Below are positions 18,088 to 30,822 of a stretch of 64,000 nucleotides of DNA, one piece after another (the stretch's first letter is position 1; each line of letters begins with the position of its first letter). Origin of the DNA: Eledone cirrhosa (lineage: Eukaryota); the NCBI GenBank assembly GCA_964016885.1, contig OZ024741.1, forward strand, positions 66,526,001 to 66,590,000, in the 5' to 3' direction. The notes under the pieces are model-generated. The model had not been told where the DNA came from and did no database searches. It was given only the letters and a program-made list of their open reading frames with translations. The position numbers were made by a program, and so were the translations under genes.

Positions 18088-18330
18088 AATCAGTATTGAA
18101 TCATATACATATTTAATTACATATTACATATGTTTCACTGCCGGTCAGCTCGTGGAACGATCGGTTATGTTCGTTCCTGACTCTGGAATCGAAAGCTCCT
18201 TAGATATGTGTTCTCACATGTAGACTCACGACCAGAGTCAGGAACGAACATAATCAATCGTTCCCCGAGTTGATCGGCAATGAAACATATGTAATATGTA
18301 ATTAAATATGTATAAGATGCAATACTAATT
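18088..18330. mobile_element. Fold-back element (~100-bp arms) with a hammerhead-like fold, CUAAGGA core
   Basis: Arms 18088-18186 and 18232-18330. Minus 18209-18119 reads ACATAT-CTAAGGA-[long stem II]-GAAA-CATATG-TA-ATATGT. Confidence 0.7.
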
Positions 18331-19350
18331 ATATATATATCCTTAAAACAACAGCAGAGCAGAATGACGGACTGTAAAATTTGCTTTAGAATTTTAATTC
18401 TGCGAAATCATTATACATATTTCGATGGCCCAGCTCCATCATCCGATTATGATGCAAGACATGACGATCTCATCAGGTGTCATCTGCAGAATTATATAAC
18501 AGTATTACGTTGAACCCAAACATATAATGGAAGATAGAGAAAAGAAAATAGAAAATTTGATTTGGGGACCGCCTGCAAATACGGTGTTATATCGGTAGCA
18601 GACGGCCGTTCCTGCACCAACCACTGTATACTACATCTACGATGGATGATTTGCATAAGGTTGAGTGCTTTAATTAATTTGTTGCATCGTTTACCAACCA
18701 GAACAACCAGTTCTACCTATCGGTAAACAACCTAACTTAAATAGTATATATATATATATACTCTACTACCCCAAGTATCGAGTAGCCTGGTAGGTTATGG
18801 TCCACCTGGTTTTTTTTTTTAATCACAGCCTATCTGATATATATATATATATATATATAAAGGAAAGGGTGACAAAAACAATAAATGAAAACGAAGGCAA
18901 CGAGAAAAATAGGCATACCGGCAATAAATGGAACGAAGAAACAGAGATAGGGGAAATGAGGAAATTCCAGAAAGAAAATCACACGAAGACAATAAACCGA
19001 AGAAAAATCATGTACAAGGAAACAAGGAACCTTCCACCATCAGTTTTACATGGTTGGATGTCATCACAGTTTTACATGATAATGGATAGGACTGCTAATT
19101 ACAACGTCCCACAGTGATAATATTTAACACTGCTTGGAAAATAAATAATACACACGTGTAATGAGAACAGATCAAATAAGAAAAAACCTCACCTGGGTGA
19201 AAAACCAAACCACCGGAAGACACCTACAAGAACACAGGTAAATCTTAAGCACATATATATATATATATATGTGTGTGTATATATATATATTAGATATTAG
19301 TTTAACAATGATAATAATAACGAAGGCAAGTTATTTTATATATTCATTTC

Positions 19351-19397
<47 letters not shown>

Positions 19398-19419
19398 CGA
19401 ATATACATATCTATATACA

Positions 19420-20176
19420 TATATCGGCCGCTGACCTCTGCCCGACCGACCCCATTTCACGCGCACGCGCGCTCTGCCGAATACCTCAGATATTCAAAAC
19501 AACAAACAGCGGAGGACGCGTTTCGCACCTGTCCGACAGACAACCTTTCCCCCACCCCGGAAAAAACCCCAGTTGATGGATGTGAATCCGAAATATATAG
19601 GGACTATTAAATCTCTCCCAAGGTAACTATCTCTCGTGTTGTTATTTTTATTTTTATTTTATCCTTTATACTCTTTCCTTCATTCTTCTACACATCTTAC
19701 ACATCTTATACACACCACGCATCTCAACATACACCCACTTACATCTCTCTCTCCACCACCGGATCTTGTTAACCGGAGATTTACCCATTTGCATTGTCGA
19801 GGCTTCCAAACGACTTAAAGATATTTACATATATATCTATATTTTTTTGTTCCCGTCTAAGTTTTAACTATACGATACACGCTCACACGGCTTCCACACC
19901 ACCTTGGAATACCACCTTGACCACCGACTCAACCCCGATTTAATCCGCCGTGACCAACCTCTGAACTTTCCCCAAACTCTCCCACAAACCTTTTATGTCT
20001 TTCCACCACTCCCCCACACACCCTCGGAACTCTCTTCCTACCCACTTTTCTCCCGATGAAGGGCCTATGCCCGAAACGTCGTTCCCCACCCCCCACTCTC
20101 AAAATCGTGAACCTAATAAACTCTTATTTGTACTGCCTCTCTGTTTTTGTTCCCGTCTAACTAAGTTTTAACTATA
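19420..20176 (+). mobile_element. Degenerate Penelope-like remnant with hammerhead relics
   Basis: RSAEYLR resembles RFAEHLR of the GIY-YIG fragment at 31.1 kb. CCGATGA-A-GGGC-CTAT-GCCC-GAAA-CGTC at 20053-20080. Direct repeat TTTTTGTTCCCGTCTAA..GTTTTAACTATA at ~19844 and ~20144. (TA)n flanks. Confidence 0.5.
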
Positions 20177-20281
20177 TATATATATATATATTCGCGTATC
20201 TACATATATCTGTATATTAATCGCTCGACTGTAGACGGTCACAGACGATCACAGATACAAGAGGACACACACAGATACACA

Positions 20282-20355
<74 letters not shown>

Positions 20356-20543
20356 TATATATACAATTAGCTTGGTCACCTCATCTGGCTGCCGGATGAA
20401 GTGACCAAGCTAAAACTTGGTAGTCATTGCTACTTTTCTACTTAGAAAATAAATTTCCACATTCAAACCGGCAGTATTAAGTGCTCAGTCAGTTAAAGTT
20501 TGAATGTTTTAAATACTACGGTTTTTTAAACACAAATACATGT

Positions 20544-20591
<48 letters not shown>

Positions 20592-20691
20592 GATAAAGTT
20601 ATATCTTTACAGAGTGCGTAACCAACACTTGCTCCAACATGTATAAATATATACACATATCCATTATATATATATATATATAGATATATAT

Positions 20692-22070
20692 ATAGGAACG
20701 AGTAGGACCCTGACGGCTGAGCTCAAGCCGTTTCTACGGCTAATTCTGGACTAAATGAAAATTTTTATCCTGGTAAATGAATAGCCGAGCTTCTCAGGGG
20801 GTAATATTCCATATATGGTAAAAGAGATTGTCACAAGGATTGATCAAAAGTTTGTTGTTGAGACACATAATTCTATCATGGCATCTTGTGGAAGGAAGGG
20901 GTAGCTGAACTTGCCAGTAGAAGAAAGAGGGAGAGGGAGTGGAGGAAACCCAGTCGTGCGTTGAAAGTGACGACTACAGCAGAATCCTAAGGATAAGAGG
21001 TAAAGAGGGGGAGGGAAGTCGAAACAATAAGTAGATCTATATGGAGTAAATCTATATAGAAAAATAAGAATGTTAAAAATATAAAAAAACACAATTTCTG
21101 GTTACTATTCCCCTACCACAATCATCAAATCTCTCACTAGACTATAGAAAAGTTTAATAGGTTGGGCAGGATACTAAATACGAGATTGTAGTGAAAGAAT
21201 TTTATGGGTTAGTAGTACTCGGCCTAATGAATTAATTTTTCGTATTAATTTTTTCTTATATATCGTACGAGCATTTATGTAGTTTGCATTAGAATTTATG
21301 TATTGTAGCGGCACTCTTATATATCGTATTAGTATTCATTTTCGGGATCTGAATTAATATTTCGTATTAGTTTCGGGACTCTGAATTATTATTTCGTATT
21401 AGGTTTTTTTGTTTTTTTAGTATTTTGGCCCCCTACTTGTTGACCTGTCATTGTAAGATAGATTAGGACGAGTACTACTAACCCATGAAATTCTTTCACT
21501 ACAATCTCGTATTTAGTATCCCGCCCCACCTATTAAACTTTTCTATAGTCTAGTGAGAGATTTGATGATTGTGGTAGGGGAATAGTAACCAGAAATTGTT
21601 TTTTTTAATATTTTTAACATTCTTATTTTTCTATATAGATTTACTCCATATAGATCTACTTATTGTTTCGACTCCCCCCCCTTGACCTCTTATCCTTAGA
21701 ATTCTGCTGTAGTCGTCACTTTCAACGCACGACTGGGTTTCCTCCACTCCCTCTCCCTCTTTCTTCTACTGCCAAGTTCAGCTACCCCTTCCTTCCACAA
21801 AATGCCATGATAGAATTATGTGTCTCAACAACAAACTTTTGACCAATCCTTGTGACAATCTCTTTTACCATATATGGAATATTACCCCCTGAGAAGCTCG
21901 GCTATTCATTTACCAGGATAAAAATTTTCATTTAGTCCAGAATTAGCCGTCGAAATGGCTTGAGCTCAGCCGTCGGGGTCCTACTCGTTCCTATTACCCA
22001 CTCTACTACCATAAGTATTGAGTACTTTGGTGCGTTGTGGTCCATCTGGTTCCGTACCACATTTCCTTCG

Positions 22071-22072
<2 letters not shown>
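20692..22072. mobile_element. Large fold-back element (~535-bp inverted arms) with a hammerhead-like motif in each arm
   Basis: Arms 20692-21228 and 21462-21994, spacer with short GAATTA.T.TTTCGTATTA repeats, (TA)n on both flanks. Confidence 0.85.
21884..21979 (+). ncRNA. Type I hammerhead-like motif with extended stem II (core CUGAGAA)
   Basis: ACCCC-CTGAGAA-[G..CGGCTA...TAGCCGTC]-GAAA-(C/T)GGCT-TGAGCTC-AGCCG-TC|GGGGT; mirror copy on the minus strand in the left arm. Confidence 0.6.
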
Positions 22073-22119
<47 letters not shown>

Positions 22120-22128
22120 CACACACAC

Positions 22129-22335
22129 AAAATACAAATATAATATAGACACAAACACATATATATAGTCTAACAAAGTTCTTTCGTTTATTTATGAGAT
22201 TAAATAAAGATGGCGTAGACATACAATACAACAGGAGGAAACATAATAGCACCACTGACGATGTTGCAGATGTGCAACGAAAGAACTTTGTTAGACTATA
22301 TATATGTGTTTGTGTCTATATTATATCTGTATTTT
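22129..22335. mobile_element. Small fold-back element with a plus-strand hammerhead
   Basis: Arms 22129-22188 and 22276-22335. CTGACGA-T-GTTGCA-GATG-TGCAAC-GAAA at 22255-22282. Confidence 0.7.
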
Positions 22336-22637
22336 TTACCGTTGGTCAGTCAATGGTAAACATTGAGGACCGAATAAATTAACTGATATAAAAGATACAG
22401 AAGCGAAAACCAACCAAACAGTGAGTGTGTTCTGTTATTAATTCTGGCAATATTATTACAACAATATGACCCTCCCCAAGTATAACAATATTTGTTTCGA
22501 CACACGATTTCATATAAAAAACCTCGCAAAACAAATATATATATATATATAAAATAGGAAATATATATGAATACAGAAAGTGAGACAGAGAAAGGAAGAA
22601 ATAAAGAAAGAAAGAGAGAAGTAGATTGAGACAGAGG

Positions 22638-22682
<45 letters not shown>

Positions 22683-23088
22683 AGAGAAAGAGAGAGGGGA
22701 GAGTGGGAGAGATAGAGACCTAAGGAGCCCCATATCAAGGTTGCCAGTTATCAAGGTAAGGAAGAGGGGATGATTGATGTACATTATGGGAAGAAGCTGC
22801 GTGTGGTTGTCTATAAACACAAATAAGGTTATCTACTTTGAAGAGGCATTGACCCAGAATTAGGGAGGTGATAAGAGCATATATAATGGCAGTAGCAGAG
22901 GATGGTTGTTATGGTGGAGATGTGCCGTGGAGGAATCGATGGTTGGCTTGTTGTAAATGTTCTGTAGATGTGTTCTGTCTATGGTGTTTTCTCTGATCAT
23001 GAAAAATGGTGCATGATAAATCTGTCTGTCAAGTGAAATATCTATTTTTCTTTTTACATTATATTCACATAGAAACATAAACATGTAT

Positions 23089-23196
<108 letters not shown>

Positions 23197-23626
23197 GTCT
23201 ATCTGTCTGTCTGTCTATCTATCTATCTTTTTATCTATCAATCTATCTATCTACTATCACCCCCCTCCCCCCCTCTCTCTGTATACATCCATACACCCAT
23301 ACTTACGTATGTATATGTGTTTATATGTTACTATATTTGAAGTTTGTTAATAAATTTTAAATGTTAATGAATATTAAAACTTCTAACATTCACTGAATAA
23401 ATACAGTTTCTGTGAGTTCGACGTTTCACCACTGTAGGAAGCACCGTTGTCAGCGAAACTTACACTTTCTATACATATATATATGGAACTATACATACAC
23501 CAGCTACTAAATCAGCACCCCAGTGGGTTTGCTTAGTATGGAAAGTGATAATCTTTTGACATTCTGCGTGATGAAAAATAAAACCTTTCAAAAGACAGAT
23601 GAACATAGAAGAATCAAAGATCCTCT

Positions 23627-24045
23627 AATAATTGTTTCTACAATTGGCACAAGGCCAGCAATTATACCAGTGCATTACTGGTACTTTATTTTATCGACCC
23701 CGTAAGGATGAAAGGCAAAGTTAACTTCGGCGGGATTTGAACTCAGACCGTAAGGGGGCGTAACTCTATGCAACAAAGCATCGCGTCCGACCCTCTACCG
23801 ATACTGCCAATCCACCACCGATATCTAATAATGGTTTCTACTTTAGGGACAAGGCCAACAATTTTGGGGTGAGGGGAAAGTCGATTAAATCGACCCCTGT
23901 GCATTACTGGTACTTTATTTTATAGACCCCGCAACGATGAAAGACAAAGCTAACATCAGTGGTATTTGAACTTAGAAGTAAAGAGCCATAACTCTATGCC
24001 GTAAAGCATATTGTCCGGCGCTCTACCGATACTACCAATCCACCG
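23627..24045 (-). mobile_element. Two tandem SINE copies (Nin/Deu-core family)
   Basis: Two consecutive reverse-complement matches to the 376-563 family. Confidence 0.8.
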
Positions 24046-24639
24046 GTCGTGTATGTGGATGAAATGTGTATTTACACTTGATGAAATATGTGTATTTACA
24101 CATGTGAATGCATTTTTACTCATGTACAGATGCGTAGAAATGGTCGTTTGTATCTGGGCATTCAACAAAATCACTTGGAGAAGGAACAACTCTATAATCA
24201 CGATTGTACTTGACTTGAAAATGCCTAGGAGAAGGTTCTCTGGTTTTAAACTTGCAGTTGAGGATATTTAACAATGAATACGTAGAGGATGGCATATGGT
24301 CGTACAATCCACTGATTTACAGATGTTTTATCACCTCAACTTGTTTTTGTTTTGTCTTTTCTTCCAATAAAAGTCCTATGGCGTTGGAAAAGTGGCGACA
24401 GGCGTGGAGACTTAACTAGTTGGAAGTATGTAGTCACAAATCTGTATATAGACCAGTGTCTTTTGTTAATATCATCATCATATTTTCATGGACAGAGACT
24501 GGTTCTATCGGAGTTTCTTGTCTCTATTTAAGAAGAGTGCTGCTCACCCAGTTTCAGGAGAAGGTACCAGAAAAGGTGTATCAAACATTGCCTGGTTATT
24601 TTGCTGCAACTAACAACAGATCAAGCTAGATTATATGCA

Positions 24640-25145
24640 AATGAACGTATCACGTGTAACCTCTGTTGTTGGGACACCAGAACACTTCCTGATCGTGTGT
24701 CGTCTGATAACTCAGAACGCGGAATAATGCTTATAACCAGAGAATTACAAGACTGAACTTAGTCATAATAGCATTCTGTAAAACACAACTTTCAACTAAC
24801 CGAAGTACATCCCAGTTTCACAATATTTTGAATCGGAAAGGCAAAGAGTGAAATTTCAATTGACAAAATAGAGCATCCTTACAGCATAACCATTTGCATT
24901 ATGACGCTATGATTCCTATTCTCAACTGAACAATATGTATCTGTTTCGTCGATTTGTGCCCCCAACTTTCATAACCAGTGAAGTCTACATTACACCATTC
25001 TACGAATCAGTTCGTACCGCGATTTCATCTACTCCAAATCATGAAAAGCAGACAATCCTTGGTGACTTTAAAATACGAGTCAGTAGCATGAGACCAAGAT
25101 CATCCTTGGTTATTTTGGCATTAGAAACGCAAATGCAGGGTGACT
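24640..25145 (+). pseudogene. Degenerate RTE-clade LINE endonuclease fragment
   Basis: Traces of W.TRTL.D, ER..L..REL.RL, APT and ILGDF..RV, matching the N-terminus of RTE APE domains. Confidence 0.55.
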
Positions 25146-25559
25146 AAAACCTGCCCCATTTTTATTTTTGTATACATTATTCATTCTTTGAAAATATCTG
25201 ATGAAACTGCGAATATATTTAGTTGAAACCATTAAAAATAACAACAAAAATTCACTATCTTCTGGTGTTTCTGTTTCGAGTTACAGCACATGTTCCAAGT
25301 GATTTCCATTTGAATCCATGCATTTTTTTAAGCTTTGCATAACGTCTTTACAAAAAGACATAGGGATGGCTCCCGATGTTTTTCTTTAGTCTAGGGATAG
25401 TTCTGTGTTTGTCCTTATCCCCCAGAAAAAATTCAGGGCATCTTAAATCTGGGCCCCATTCAAATTCAGGGCATCTTAAATGTGGGCCTCATTCAAAATC
25501 AGTTTGCAAAATGATCACACGATTTTCAACATTATTTTTTCGCCATTCTCGCGACTCGT

Positions 25560-26260
25560 TTGCATAAAGGCTTGCACTGTCTTTCTGGAACTAGAACATA
25601 TTCATTAGAGATGGGTACACGGTCTATAGTTCCTTTTTGAAGTCTTCCAGGATCTCCAAACAGCGTTCATTTTCTTCGAAGAAGAATGGGCAATGTACTC
25701 TCTCTCGGAAATAGCAGTCTAGGCGGTAACTTTAGCCGAGTGAAGAGATTACACATCCGTTTCAATGGGTTTCTCCGACCACAAGAACACATTGATCTTA
25801 GAATTGATCTTCACCTCTAAGCGAAACTAGGATTCATCAGAGGTCCACAGCAGATTCAGAATGCGTTAGTTTTTTTCTATCTTCTCCAGCATTTTCTCAG
25901 ATAGCCTTTGTCTTGGTCTTATCAACTATAGTAAGTCTAAGTTACTTTTCGCATGCTGTGGTGAGACCCAAGGACTGGTTTCTCCTGCGCGGCGATCGTT
26001 TTTGGCTCCGTTCAACCATCATTTAGATCATTTTAATAACTTCTTTAGTACGCTTCCTGGGTCGTCCAGAGTAGGTAAGACGGTTATCAGACAGTTTTAT
26101 ATATTGGCTTTGAAGGAAGATTTACTTGTTCCCAAAACTCCATGAAATTGTTCCTGGAGCTACTTGTACGTGCTGAACTTATATCAGTGTTCTACACAGA
26201 AATTCCGACACTGGAGCTCCTGTTGAGGTCTTGTTTCTTTAGACGTCGTATCTGCCATGT
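25560..26260 (-). pseudogene. Degenerate Tc1-like transposase fragment
   Basis: Minus-strand SGRPRKRT (~26070) and WTSDES (~25840) motifs in the expected order; many stops. Confidence 0.5.
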
Positions 26261-26964
26261 CCTGAAATTTAAGGTTGATCGGTTATAAAATGAACATACA
26301 GTACATACAGGAACACAAAATATGCGCGGGGACAGTTGTTTTTAATTTTAATTCGAAAGAATCTTTTCCTTTCGTCAACTTTGCTTTTTCTTCCAGCAAC
26401 ACTCTGTATGTTATTGATAATTTTAGTCAGTCTATTGTATTTATTGATATTGTAGTGTTATTGTAATGTTACACTTGGTATCTTGGTATGTGAATATTCA
26501 TTTCTCGTATTATTTGTTCGCTAGTAGCTATAGATTTGTCAGCTACTGATGCAACTATAGGCCCGGTACACAACACTAGCATAGAAAACGGATTATATAA
26601 TCTCTCTTGTCTACGATTTCACAGAACTTATGTTCACCGAATTCAGGGACTAGACTCCTTCTTCCTCCCGTTTGACCTGTGCGGAATTCTTTCCTTGCTC
26701 ACATTTCGACTAGGTTTGATGGTCTTTATTCTCTCTCGTCCACGATTTCATAGAACTTATGTTCATAGAATCCTGGGACTTGACTCCTTGCTCACTTTTC
26801 GTTGCATTACCATCTTTGATTGTTTACAGTCTCGCTCGTTCCCCTTATTTACGTGTCCCAACAACTTTCTTTAGCCGTTACTCACACCAACCGGAGGTAT
26901 ATGGTCTTTAAAGCGATGAAATACCAATGAAGGTTGGAAGATCACTGATGAAGGACTAACTTTA

Positions 26965-26997
<33 letters not shown>

Positions 26998-27003
<6 letters not shown>

Positions 27004-27720
27004 TATGAAGAGAGAAGAAACATTTAGATATAATTAGTAATAAAATGTATCATACCTAAACTGCTCCTAAATTCCTCGACTACGTAGTTTCGTGGCATAA
27101 ACAAAAACAATATATCATAAAGACATAGAGTCCTTGCGAGGTCTGCCGACTTATCAAGAGGATACCTCATTTTACTAGTCTCAAGAACGCGTCTACACGA
27201 CGTGAGAAAGAATCCCAAAAGGCGGAGGGGGAGATAGTCACGCGATATAACGGTCGAGAAACAGAGCTTTCTGCGGCCTCGATATAAATACCCCCTCCGC
27301 CCCCGTGGTATTTTCTTCGGGGTTATAAGAGGCTTAGCTCTGTTTCTCGACCGTTATATCGCGTGACTATCTCCCCCTCCGCCTTTTGGGATTCTTTCTC
27401 ACGTCGTGTAGACGCGTTCTTGAGACTAGTAAAATGAGGTATCCTCTTGATAAGTCGGCAGACCTCGCAAGGACTCTATGTCTTTATGATATATTGTTTT
27501 TGTTTATGCCACGAAACTACGTAGTCGAGGAATTTAGGAGCAGTTTAGGTATGATACATTTTATTACTAATTATATCTAAATGTTTCTTCTCTCTTCATA
27601 ATGTATTTTTAACTCTGATACTGGTTCAGTCTAGTTCAACTGAATTGGTCTGTCCCAGTCATTCATTGAGCAACATCGGTGAAGTTGGCACCCTTAACTC
27701 ACAGTTGGGTGCGGATGCAT
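26998..27720. mobile_element. Young fold-back element: apparently perfect ~270-bp inverted arms around a 67-bp spacer
   Basis: Arms 26998-27268 and 27336-27606 give identical 64-aa ORFs on opposite strands; (TA)n abuts the left arm. Confidence 0.9.
27442..27531 (+). ncRNA. Type I hammerhead variant with U3-A8 core and extended stem II
   Basis: TCCTC-TTGATAA-[GTCGGCA...TGCCAC]-GAAA-CTACGTAG-TC|GAGGA; mirror copy on the minus strand at 27073-27162. Confidence 0.72.
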
Positions 27721-27782
27721 TCATGTATATATGTGTGTGTCCGCATGTATCTGTGTGTTTCTAAATATATTGTTATATATAT

Positions 27783-27882
<100 letters not shown>

Positions 27883-27887
27883 GTAAA

Positions 27888-28230
27888 AGTTAAACAGAAA
27901 TAACAACACAATCGGTACAGTATATGGAAGGTATATATTAGGTTAACGCTTGATATAGCAGGAAGAGGGTCTTAACGTTTCGGACGCTAGTCCTTCATCA
28001 GAAGAAAGAATGAGAAATAAAATAGATTGAGGCGACGGGTGGAAAAAATGTCTTTAGATAAAAATAACAGGTCCATTTATGTTGACATCACTTGCAAAAC
28101 TGTTGGTGCTGGCGTTTTGTGTATGATTTGTTTTTTAGAAAAGTGGATGATGGAGCACGTCTACCTGAAATGAAAGAAAAACCATTTTGTAAAAAGAGCT
28201 ATACTTGAGCACGTGCGTAAGCATGAGTTT
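27888..28230 (-). mobile_element. Penelope-type terminal repeat (pLTR-like), inverted partner of 31630-31985
   Basis: Diverged reverse complement of 31630-31985; ends in a (TACA)n/(TA)n tract. Confidence 0.75.
27970..28005 (-). ncRNA. Minimal type I hammerhead ribozyme (Penelope type)
   Basis: TCTT-CTGATGA-A-GGAC-TAGC-GTCC-GAAA-CG-TT|AAGA; palindromic ACGT stem III. Confidence 0.75.
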
Positions 28231-28268
28231 GTGTGTGTGTGTATGTGTGTGTGTGTGTATGTGTGTGT

Positions 28269-28353
<85 letters not shown>

Positions 28354-28804
28354 TTATATAATTGTTTCTACTTTTGGCACAAGCCCAGCAATTATCCCAG
28401 TAATAATATATATATATAATAAGAAAATCGTTGAAGTTTCGTTTACATGCATTTACATTTTTTATTGTGTATCGACCTGTTACGCACGTAACAGATTGAT
28501 GCCCAATAAAAACATAAATGCAATTAAACGAAAGTTCAGTGTTTTTCTTATTATATACACTCATACACTATACATATATATAAAAGAAAATTTCGCTCTA
28601 CATGGCTGAATACAATAAATGTAATCTGAGTTTTTCGAATATTAATAATAACATTCGATTCGTTTGCAATTATGCAAACAAGCCTCATTTTTATAGCCAT
28701 GTCAGTAGAATGAACACTTCATTCTTGCTCTTGGGTCGTCAAGTATGAAATTTGAAGAAATTTGTTTTTTTTACAAATTTCTACAAATTTCCTACTTGAC
28801 GAGC

Positions 28805-28949
<145 letters not shown>

Positions 28950-29740
28950 TGTGTGTCTGTGTATTTTATCTGTAAGGGGAAACAATTGTGAATAACGATC
29001 GGGTCATCCTCCTCCTCCTCCTCCTCCTCCTCCTCCACATCATCATCATCATCATCATCATCATTAACTAGAATGAAATGAAAAAAAACAATGATCGCTA
29101 ACAATAAACAAATCACTAAGTAAAATTAATAAAATGAATACCACGCTAATAAATTAATTTTAAGAGAAATATAAAACTGAAAATATAAATATATGTAATT
29201 GTATTATATTGCTACTTGCACTGCAGAAGACATATGTAAGAAATCAGCCAGTATTTGACTACAGAAGCGGAACAGGACACATCACGTCTACAGACGGACG
29301 AGAATTAAGGATGAATCTTAACGCTATTTTCTCCTTCGACGAAATTTTAGATCAAATGAGATTTCTATCGATCGTCTGCCAAACAGAACTGAGCTTGAAG
29401 CTAGCTAGCGTACGAACACACATACATAAATACACATACATACACATATTTACAGATACACACACACACATACACACACATGCAAACATATGCACATATA
29501 CAGAAATATACACAAATACGAGCACACACAGACACGTGCACACACACACACGTGCACACACACAGACGTGCACACACACATACATTCACACACATACACA
29601 CACATACACACACACATACACACATACGCACACACACGCACACACAGAGAAACTCACACTCAAACATGCACTCACACGCACGCATACAGTAATACACACA
29701 CGTTTATATATATATAGATAGATGGATATATACACACACA

Positions 29741-29818
29741 CAGGGTGTCCCAAAAAATGTATACACATTTTGATTAGAATGCTGTTGAAGTGTGTATACA
29801 TTTTCTGGGACACCCTCT
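29741..29818. mobile_element. Tiny Tc1/mariner-type MITE
   Basis: TIRs CAGGGTGTCCCAAAAAATGTATACACA and TGTGTATACATTTTCTGGGACACCCT. Confidence 0.7.
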
Positions 29819-30666
29819 CCCTCTATATATATGTGTGTATATATGTATACATGTATATATATATATACACTCATATATGATATTGTACCTCCTCTTTTGT
29901 TTCTGTTTGTGAATGCAAATGTAACCGTCTCAGATTTTTACGTTTTTACGTCACGAGTGTGCTTAGCCAATCGGAAGAAGGCAATGCTCCGTGTCGCTTC
30001 TGCGCTTCTGCTCCGCGATTCATTGATTTTTTGTATAATGTTGCCGATTGAAAAGTTTCCTATAAATACATGCAGGCATACGTGTCTATGTATGTTTCTG
30101 CAAGTACATACGTACGCATGTCTGTATATAAACATACATGCAGACACGTATACATACGTAGATACGTATACATCCATACATCCATATATATATATAAATA
30201 TAAAGCAAAGGGGAAGAAAAGAGAAACATTAACAAAACAGCCCCCCCCCCCCCAAAAAAAAATGTATGTATGTATTATACGTATCTATGTGTGTGCCTGC
30301 ATGAATGTTTATATACAGACATGCGTACGTTTATATACAGACATGCTCAGCAAAACGGTCCGATATATATATATATACGAGTATATGTGTGTATGTATAT
30401 GGGTATATGTATGAATGTGCGCGCGCGTGTATGTGTATGTGTTTATTTAATCCGTTACATACAGAAACAATGTGTTTGAATTGAAGGTAGAACATTTTGT
30501 AATCCTGCTGAAACGTTTCTTCGAATTATCTCCCCTTCGCCAACATTTTTCATATTTAGAGTCGGACCATCATAAACTTTGTAATCCTGTTTCAATGTTA
30601 AAAAAATAAATGTTTGCAAAACGTAAAGAAAATATGTTTATATCTACGTGTCTCTTTCCCTCTCTG

Positions 30667-30729
<63 letters not shown>

Positions 30730-30822
30730 GGTGTGGGATGTTTAAAGCGTCCGTAAGCGGTAGGCCGTTTGAGCACTCGATGCTCTTACAGAGCAGAGTA
30801 TAATATCACATAAGAAACGGAA

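Noticed and set aside
20366-20412. ~21-bp hairpin as a hammerhead or terminator
   Set aside because: The hairpin is real but core nucleotides are missing; at most a truncated fold-back relic.
25192-25240. CTGATGA...GAAA hammerhead candidate (also 58341)
   Set aside because: No stem I complementarity at 25.2 kb, and no properly placed GAAA at 58.3 kb.
27024-27580. Two identical 64-aa ORFs as duplicated genes
   Set aside because: They result from the perfect inverted repeat, start at a non-ATG codon and overlap the hammerhead.
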